A stretch of 64,000 bases of DNA, taken from assembly GCA_951406725.2 (NCBI GenBank), contig OX597816.1:108376001-108440000 (forward strand), read 5' to 3'. The notes under the pieces are model-generated. The model was not told where the DNA came from, ran no database searches, and saw only the letters and a program-made list of their open reading frames with translations. Origin of the DNA: Octopus vulgaris (taxonomy: Eukaryota). This document shows, one piece after another, positions 54,467 to 64,000 of this stretch (the first letter of the stretch is position 1; every line of letters begins with the position of its first letter). Position numbers and translations under genes: made by a program.

Positions 54467-54886
54467 TGCAGATAATATTGATAGATGATGATGATGATGG
54501 CGATGACCCTCATCATCATCCTTTTTTTCACCACAAGAGGGACTAATAGAAATTTGAAAATGGTATAATTAGTCCATGAAGATGGTTGTCGTATGAAATA
54601 TAAGAAAAGTGAATAAAAGAGCAAAAGGATGAAAAAAAAAAGGAATGAACCAAAGTGCTTGGAATAAAGATAACAAAGAACTTGAGAAAGAATATTATTG
54701 ATTTGGAAGCTCGATATTTTTGCTGGAAAGTAATTGTCTTTATATTTACATTAGTTTCCGACGAATGCTGTGGAAACGGAGGAAGTAAACATATATTTTC
54801 TCATATCTCAAAGTGCTTCTCTATCAATGTTTCCTACTTTCTTACTGTCACTCACTAAGTATGTATGTATGTACATATATATATAT

Positions 54887-54933
<47 letters not shown>

Positions 54934-54979
54934 CATACATACATACATACATACATACATACATACATACATACATACA

Positions 54980-55011
<32 letters not shown>

Positions 55012-55057
55012 ACTTACTTAGGAAAGGATTCGTGGTGTTCAATCATACAATAATATA

Positions 55058-55108
<51 letters not shown>

Positions 55109-55712
55109 GGTATACGTACATACTTACTTACATTTAGGTATATGCATATGTGGGCACAGGACGTCACAAAACGTAAACCACAAAAAATACGAAGTACGAA
55201 GACATAGAATATGAACTTTTTTGCGAGCAACGAAAGAAATTAATGGAAAACAAGATAAACAACACAAAGAACAACCCTTCATCAGTTGCCCGCTGTTTTT
55301 CTAATCCGTATTACAAGCCTTTCACGACAGGATACACCTTCGATAAAACAGTTGATCCCGCAAAGCAAATTAAATAAAATTTGGGATTTTGCAGATGGTT
55401 CAGTGTTATATTTTGAAGATATAATTAATTAACTTTGCCTACAATCGCTTCAATTTACACAATACAAATAGATAGATAGATGGATAGATAAATAGATAGA
55501 CACATATATATACATATACATAGACAGGTTTATATATATATATATATATATACATATGTCTATACATAAGTGAAGGCATGTCCCAATGATTAGAGCATTG
55601 GGCTCACAATCATGAGGTAGAGAGTTCGATTCCCGGACCGGGCTGTTGTGTTCTTGAGCAAGACACTTTAATTCACGTTCCTTTATTTCACTGTGTATGT
55701 ATATATATGTAC

Positions 55713-55770
<58 letters not shown>

Positions 55771-55856
55771 GTACATATATATATCCTTTTCCTTTCTTGC
55801 CTTTTTCCCTATCTTTTCTGTTTGTATAACCCATATGATGCATGTTTGCAAATAAA

Positions 55857-55910
<54 letters not shown>

Positions 55911-57773
55911 ACAATGTATTCTATCAAACGCTACTAATCTAATTTCTTCTAGTCAACATTTAAACATTTAATTATCAGTTTTCCGAAATTTTTTTTAAAA
56001 GAGGAGAAATATGTATAGAATTATATATTAATTCTATTCTTTTTTTCACTCAAAAGAATTTTCTAGATGACAATTATTATATGGAGTAGTTAAACAACTT
56101 TAAGATATGTTAGTAAATTAATCTATAAATCTGGTCGTGTGTGCATGAATGCTTTTAATTCTTTGACTTCTTCCAATAGCAACAACGGTAAAGAATAATT
56201 TATTGAATATTTGAAAAAAATCTTGCGTTCCTTATAGGAAAAATGTTTACAAAGTGTATATTCTTTGCTTGAAGAGCCCAGCTTTTCGAGATTACTACGT
56301 AGGGATTTAGTGGCAAAAACCAAGTGCACCAATGACTATAAGAATAACTGTGAGTTTATAATTGGCGTTATAGATTTTGAAACAATCTCGCATTTTTATG
56401 ACAGCTTATTTATAGCTAATGGGCCTATATGTGTGTATGAATGCAGGCCCTAGATTCTGTACAAACTTGTATAAGCATTATGCTTACATACATGAATCCA
56501 ATAAGTGTATAACACCAAGATATCTACTTATTTACTCTTTACGTATCTCTTTTTTAATACTCCCTTGTGTCCATCAATTCTACATTTAATTACAGTTAGT
56601 CTACTGTTGTGTATGGATAAATGGCTGTAGGAAAATACTCACTATTGATTTAGCAGCAAACAATTGTGAGTAACTTTCTCATATATTCTGGTATCTGTCC
56701 TTAAAAAATGAGATAATTTCAGAATCAAATGACCTTCTCCTAGAAACGTAGAAGCACTTCACGTTTGAACTCATTGAATATGTGAATTCGTAAGTTATTA
56801 ACTGGTTGTCTCATACTTTACTTCTCAAGATACATTTTCTCCTATTACTACTGCCTTGAATAACCCCTCCTTCGCACCTCTATTTGTCCTTGATTATTTA
56901 TGAATGAGCACGGAGTACGGAAACCAACTATATATATTGCAAGCAGAATTCAAGAATGAACAACGAACTCTTAATTCTAGCATTAAATATTTAAACACAT
57001 AATTATTAAATTCTAAAAATACAATGAAGAGAGTAGAATGATGGAATAAATTTAAAATTCCAAATTTTATTTTATTCACCTAGTGCCAATATATTAATAG
57101 TTAAGTTGATATAAGACTAATTCTATTTATTTTTGGATCCTAAAGAATGCTTCAAGATACACACCTTTTAAACAGTTATTGTAGAGATATTAAACAAGTT
57201 CTTGGACAGTAACTGAACGAATCTATGATGCGGCAGAATATTAATCTGTGTTTCTATTTGTATGAATCTTTCTTTTTCAGTCATTGCTATAGAAGGGATT
57301 GTTTTTAACAAAGGAATACAATTTGATGGTTGAAAAATTAGGCAATAATAACATGTTGTTATATATTGAATTTTAGAAGTCCTTAATATTTTCACTACTT
57401 ATAGAGAGAATTTGCGTATATTGTGATTGCTTGTAAGTTACCCTGCCTGAAAAAGATTTGATTTTATAAGAAAAATCAAATAACTAGAACAAATTTCAAA
57501 AATTAAGGTACAAAATTTAAAGAATCCTTGAAATGCCAGTAATTCAATATAAGAGCTAAGCAAATTTTCGTTTTCCATTGCAGTGAACAATTTCTTGTTT
57601 TCTTGGTTTCTTAAAACATCCTTCAAACTGAATTTCAAAACTGCATTAATCTCATTGTTATCCTGATCAAGACGAACGGGAAAAGCTTGAGAATTTTATT
57701 TTCTTCTCTGCCATATCTCTATACATTCAATTGTAACTAACAAAAAAATATCTTTTTATTTCTTCTATTTCAG

Positions 57774-57946
57774 GTATCTATTTAACAGTCATTATGGCTC
57801 TGACTTCGTTGTCGGTAATTTTGGCTGTGATCGTATCCAATATCAACAACCGAGGATTCCATCAGAAAAAGTTACCATCATGTGTCCTAACGTTTATTAC
57901 TCTCACCTCAAAATTGGTTTGTTATAAGTTGGAATATATTCACAAG
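57774..57946 (+). CDS. Penultimate coding exon (TM3 and start of M3-M4 loop) of a nicotinic acetylcholine receptor-like Cys-loop channel subunit
   Basis: Polypyrimidine acceptor tctttttatttcttctatttcag|G at 57773/4 and donor AAG|gtgagt at 57946/7. Reads (x)IYLTVIMALTSLSVILAVIVSNINNRGFHQKKLPSCVLTFITLTSKLVCYKLEYIHK, matching the nAChR TM3 pattern Y...M.....S....V.V.N...R. Exon is 2+171 nt, so it ends in phase 0. Confidence 0.88.
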
Positions 57947-57973
57947 GTGAGTGAACACCAACTGAACATACTG

Positions 57974-58044
<71 letters not shown>

Positions 58045-58679
58045 GCCGGTCGGCGAAGTGGCAAAATTGGTAGAGCATCAGAATAAATACTTTACGGTAG
58101 ATGCGCTAATCTCAAATTATTGATTCCACCTTGAAGATAGATTTAGAATAATTTTTTTTAAAAAGCTGACAGTTAAACGAATAGGCACAGTTATAACCGC
58201 ACGTAGTTACATTTTGAGAAATACAAAGGAAAAAGTTACGTAACCACTAGCTTAAAGGACAATAAATATCAGTAGCAACCCAATTTCCGCTAGAGTTACA
58301 AACCGAAAGGAAATAATAGACATTAGTCAGCTCCAGAAAAGGAAAAGATGTGGAAAGGTTATGATACCAAAGAGATGGTCTTCTGATCAAAGTATTTACC
58401 TAAAATAAGATAAATAGAAAATTGAAGCTTCCATATGCTCGGATTAGAGGAGCTGGAGAAAGATTTAGTCAATGTGTGGAAAGGCATGTGTTTCCTTGAC
58501 CGAAGCAGGTTATGTGAAGTCACTTGTACTGCGAGACATTCCCTTCACTAGCTAGCGACTGGAGATCACAAAACATTCAAATCCTTCTCACAGTATCTCA
58601 CCCTCCGTCTATTGTACCCCGTCATTGATACAGCCATTTTACTATACCAATGGAAGCTACAAGCTGAAAATGTATTACT

Positions 58680-59088
58680 CTTTTTACTCTTACTTTTTTA
58701 CTTGTTTCAGTCATTTGACTGCGGCCATGCTGGAGCACCGCCTTTAGTCGAGCAAATCGACCCCGGGACTTATTCTTTGGAAGCCCAGTACTTATTCTAT
58801 CGGTCTTTTTTGCCGAACCGCTAAGTGACGGGGACGTAAACACACCAGCATCGGTTGTCAAGCAATGCTAGGGGGAAAAACACAGACACACAAACACACA
58901 CACATATATATATATACATATATACGACAGGCTTCTTTCAGTTTCCGTCTACCAAATCCACTCACAAGGCATTGGTCGGCCCGGGGCTATAGCAGAAGAC
59001 ACTTGCCCAAGATGCCACGCAGTGGGACTGAACCCGGAACCATGTGGTTGGTAAGCAAGCTACCTACCACACAGCCTCTCCTGCGCCT
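58680..59088 (-). mobile_element. Full-length SINE family A copy in the last intron of the nAChR-like gene
   Basis: Nearly identical to 10730-11129. Confidence 0.87.
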
Positions 59089-59704
59089 ACTCCTGTATTG
59101 CTCATTTTTAGCCTTGATTTTTTTTTCACAAGCTTGTATTTCTGTGACATCCACTTTGCTTTCTTCTATAGTTCATAAATCACTTCTCTGCTTTTCCTCC
59201 TAAGTCTAATGCCAAACAGGTAAGACAGCATAAGTCTAGCTACAAACTCACGATATCCCAGCTTCTGCGAGATCTGTTGTACACTGGGATTTTAACTTTC
59301 TACACTACGAAACTTGATGTCGCAAACAACGAAAGATTTTATGCACTAGATTTACTGCGCCACATGAATTAATTTAAAGATAAAGAACGCTATCGTTTTC
59401 AATTGATTATTGATACGTCACCAAGGCGACTATCTGGCAGAATCGTTAGCATGCTGAAAAAGTGCTTTGTGACATTTCTTTCGGTTTTCTGTCCTGAGTT
59501 CAAATGCCGCCGAAGTCAATTTTGTTTTTCATCTTTTCCGATTCGATAAAATTAAGTTCTAGTCAAGACTGAGGCCGATGAAATCGTCTAACCCCTTTGC
59601 TCAAAATTTCAAGCCTTATTCCTTTTGTAGAAAGGATTATCAAAACATCGTTATATACTCTAAGTTGAATATATTTGCTAATTGTTACCCTTTTTTATTC
59701 CCAG

Positions 59705-60157
59705 GTAAAATATGAAGAAATAAAGTCCTCTTCATTTCAAGTGGTTGTTAAACGAAACAAGAAGAAATACACTCGGGCACATCCGAGCGAGTCTGGATGT
59801 AATCTCATAGAGTTCGAAAGCAATGATCAGACTGCATATTCAAGCCGTGTGGTCGAAGACAGCAACTTAACACATCGAGGCACTCACAGAACTAGGGGCG
59901 TGCAGGTATCTTGCGGATCAGAGAGTCCGCGTTCTTGGGAAGCCGAAGAGATACTCGCGAAACTACAGATTCTGCTCAACAGAGAAGAAGAGAAGCTACA
60001 TGAACTAGCCTTAATGAAACAATGGCAGGAAGTTGCTGAAGTCGTTGACCGCTTGCTGTTCTGGATGTTTGTGCTTTCCACCTTGTTCTGTTCACTTTCC
60101 ATACTTGTCTTCATACCGATGACCAAGTCAAAACAAGCGATTGACATTGAAGAATGA
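59705..60157 (+). CDS. Terminal coding exon (M3-M4 loop, MA helix, TM4, stop) of the same nAChR-like subunit
   Basis: Acceptor cccttttttattcccag|GTA in phase 0, consistent with the upstream exon. Encodes QWQEVAEVVDRLLFWMFVLSTLFCSLSILVFIP, the W..VA.VVDRL.. TM4 signature of nAChRs. TGA at 60155-60157. Confidence 0.92.
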   Translation, partial: VKYEEIKSSSFQVVVKRNKKKYTRAHPSESGCNLIEFESNDQTAYSSRVVEDSNLTHRGTHRTRGVQVSCGSESPRSWEAEEILAKLQILLNREEEKLHELALMKQWQEVAEVVDRLLFWMFVLSTLFCSLSILVFIPMTKSKQAIDIEE

Positions 60158-61090
60158 AATACAAATATAATAGGAGGAAAACATTTAAATATATGTTTGT
60201 ATTCAGAATCATATATAAAGTAATGAAAGTGTATATATATATGTGCATATACATATATATAAATATATGTATATATACATATATTCCTAAATACATATAT
60301 GCATGCATACATATATTCACCTGTATATACACACATATAAATACACCTATTTGTGTGCACATATACGTGTGCCTATGTTCTTGCACGCACTGACATATAA
60401 ACTTAGCTCAGAAGAACATTCTTCAAAATAGATCGGATTTAATCGCCCACAAGACAAATATGAAAAGAAATAAATCTCTTAATTGAAACTTAAAGCTACA
60501 AACTTTGTTTCTATGTGACAGACATGAAAAACAAAGAATATACATACGTAACGAAATCATGGAAAAAGCAACCACAAAAATCAATAATAATAATGATGAT
60601 GATAATGATGATGATGATGATTATAATCATATTACTATTGCTATGAATATTATTATTACCATTTTTATTATCAGAATTTTGGTAGTAATATTGATGATGA
60701 TGATGATGATGATGATGGTGGTGGTGATAACATTATTATGTTCATGATAACGAAGTATATTATGATTAGCACTTCACATGAACTATATCCTATTGCAAAA
60801 AAAAAACAAAGCCAAATGTGGTGTGGACATGTCAAATTCCATCATCGCATCATACAAGATTTGAAACTACATGAATCAATTTTTTTTGTATTTTTTTGTT
60901 GTTGTCTGTTTCCATTTTAATTTTATCCGTGAAATAATAGTACAGTATAATGCATGTTACCGTGAGATGCATACAAAGATGTATCTATGTATACATAACT
61001 ATGCATGTTTTTATACATAGATTTATCAATTTATGTGAATGAAGAAATAATGTGCTAAATATAAACAAATATTTATTTGCATTGAGTGAG

Positions 61091-61148
<58 letters not shown>

Positions 61149-61250
61149 TCATTTCTACGTGTGTTTATGTATACACATATGCTTATATAGTATGCGTATA
61201 TTATATGTTTATATTATACATATAATATACGTATTTATATCTTTATATAA

Positions 61251-61284
<34 letters not shown>

Positions 61285-61298
61285 ATTCATTTCTATAT

Positions 61299-61370
<72 letters not shown>

Positions 61371-61455
61371 CATACATACAGATATATATAAATATAAGTA
61401 TATATATAATATATAATATAATATAATATGATATAATGTAATATAGTATAATATA

Positions 61456-61528
<73 letters not shown>

Positions 61529-62374
61529 ATGTACAGAATTATATCTAAGAATTGCAAACGTATAAAGAGTCTTACAAACATTTTACGGGACAGTTCAAAA
61601 TTACACATGTTCAATTTTCGAACGAACTCTTTACCTCCATAGAGGATTTTATTTATACACATTACACTGACGCACATCAATAGTATAATTACACAAAGTA
61701 ACGTGTAAATCTGAAATACTGTAATTGCATGAAATTATGCGAAGTGGTTTTGAACTTGGGATACTCTTATACACTTCATACCTCGGCATTAACTAGATGA
61801 TTTATTGAATAGTAAATGTCAAATGTGCATATATCCAACCTTAAATGGTTATAAACTCTTTCAAAAAAATTTTTTAATCAAGAAATCATATTGTATTATA
61901 TACATTGACTTTAATGAGCAACCGTTGTAGAAGACATATCGTAACCACGTAATCTAAACAAATAAATTAGAATTATTTACGATGATCGTTGGGAAATTAA
62001 ACGGATTTGGCAATGAATAAAAATAATTTGGAATGTCGTGAAACAATGATCTGTTTACTCATGATTTTCGTGTTTCATTATAACTTTACTACAAAAATAT
62101 TTGTAAGTTGTTTCCATGTTATGCTTAGTGTTAACAAATTTAACAGATTTGTTTTAGTGGTCTTTTAAAAGAGAGCTACAGTTATAAGTTAGTATATATA
62201 AATGAATATATAGATTGTACATATTTATACATTTATATGACTATTGTTGCATCATTATTTCGCAACGTTTATACTCAACATTATTACTACACGTATATAT
62301 ATATTTTTTTCTTTTTAACACAAAATATATTAAAACACAAGCGTGAATAAAAGACCGACGAAAATAAATTTGAG

Positions 62375-62423
<49 letters not shown>

Positions 62424-62505
62424 TATACATGTTCACATATATATGCATATATATATATATGCTTATATAAATATATATATATGTATTTATATACATATAT
62501 GTATG

Positions 62506-62556
<51 letters not shown>

Positions 62557-64000
62557 TACTTGAATGTGACCATTTCTGCGTATAAATATATTTAAACACA
62601 TACATGATATATACACATATATACATGCACATACACACACACGCACTCACATACACATACACAGACACACACACAGACACACATATATATATGGTACGGG
62701 TAGTGTATTACAGGATGTTGCTTGAACTGTTTTCTGTGGTTTTAGCGTCTTACAATCGTAATATGAATTTCAATTATTGTATATTTGTAAATTACCCATA
62801 TATGCTCACAAAGCCAGCATACAAATACACATGTACATATGTGAATAAATGTACATATGCATACGAACACAGATACATACACAAACACACACATATATAT
62901 ATATATAAATTCCATATGGGCTGTAGCTTTGGAGTTTACTTTATAAAGCCCGTAAACTTGTATCGGCTGTCAGATATTATCATCGAACGAAGATGGATCG
63001 CTTCATTGATGACATATCTGAAAATGTGTAACTATCTGTTGAGTTTATATAAACATTTACCAAGGGAATGGAGTAATCAGCTCGCTTTATTGCATAATTC
63101 AACAGTTGTTTCATCTACGATTTTCCAGAAGTTGATTACAGGAATATTATTATAATACATTGAATCTGTATTATTCCAACAATACTGGAAAATATCGGCA
63201 CTTCAGGTCTATGTATAAACTTAAATTTTGAATAAGCCACAATTTTGCAAAAAAAATATAACCCACGTTGAAGATGTTCATATCATTTCGTTAGCATATC
63301 AATAGTTAAAACAATAACAAATACACAATTCCAAACTAACCGGTCAGAAAATAGGGGAATTAAAGAGAAGAAAAAAAATGGAAACTAAATAAATAAATTA
63401 ACAGATTCAGTATAATGAGATAACGTCTTTGTTTCTTCGGACTTATACATTTATGAATAGATAGCGTCTTCTTTACTGTCATTAAGGTGGCTGACGTACG
63501 ACTTAGCATTTATTTAGTAATTTGATATTGTTCTCTGTTACCCACAGTTACACTATCAATTGATTCAGTAGCGGACTGCTAGTAAAAATATTTATGACAT
63601 TTACCCACTCACACAAACATACATATTTTTTAGGCAAAAATGATGTCTTTGTTAAGATGTATTTTTTAAAAATAATAAACTAAATTAAATGATGTAAAAT
63701 ATTCATGATGTATAATTCTAGAGAATATTCAAGATGTATGATTTTGGAAACAAAAATTTTTGTCTTATATACTATATCTGTTCATTTACTTTTTTTGTTG
63801 TGTTGAGTCAAAAGTTTTGCAATATTTTGGCAACTAATTTGCTTTATTCAAGTTTCAACAAAAGCAGCTGAACATCTAAAATAGAGGTCATCGTGTTGCA
63901 CAACCTAAAACCAGCTTTCTGCTAGGTCTTTGATCCTATTATTACTTTTTCCGATCAATGGCTCACTTCTTGCGCTCGCGAGGCTTCATCAACCAAGAGG

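Noticed and set aside
56596-56665. Possible small exon cag|LVYCCVWING...|gtgagt upstream of the TM3 exon
   Set aside because: Weak acceptor, and the peptide does not match the TM2-TM3 linker expected immediately before TM3.

Overview
AT-rich, microsatellite-saturated animal genomic DNA, most likely an octopus (inferred from the recurrent tRNA-derived SINE families and the repeat landscape). The only host gene I can support is the 3' end of a Cys-loop nicotinic acetylcholine receptor-like subunit on the + strand: a TM3 exon at 57774-57946 and a terminal TM4 exon at 59705-60157. I recognised no upstream exon in the preceding ~57 kb. The rest is transposon-derived: a near-complete but inactivated Penelope-like element (RT + GIY-YIG, ~11.5-14.7 kb), further PLE fragments, a near-full-length mariner, mariner and hAT fossils, a young 5'-truncated CR1-type LINE, many SINEs and several fold-back MITEs. 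The most striking hidden signal is about 14 hammerhead-ribozyme (HHR) or HHR-like motifs, read by eye. They sit in short non-coding units that are often embedded in (TA)n tracts and show the tandem plus inverted architecture of Penelope pseudo-LTRs. The best cases are a young 560-bp tandem with one HHR per unit (retrozyme/circRNA-like, 1101-2229) and a near-canonical type I HHR at 25251-25304. Almost all ORFs in the supplied track are microsatellite artefacts.
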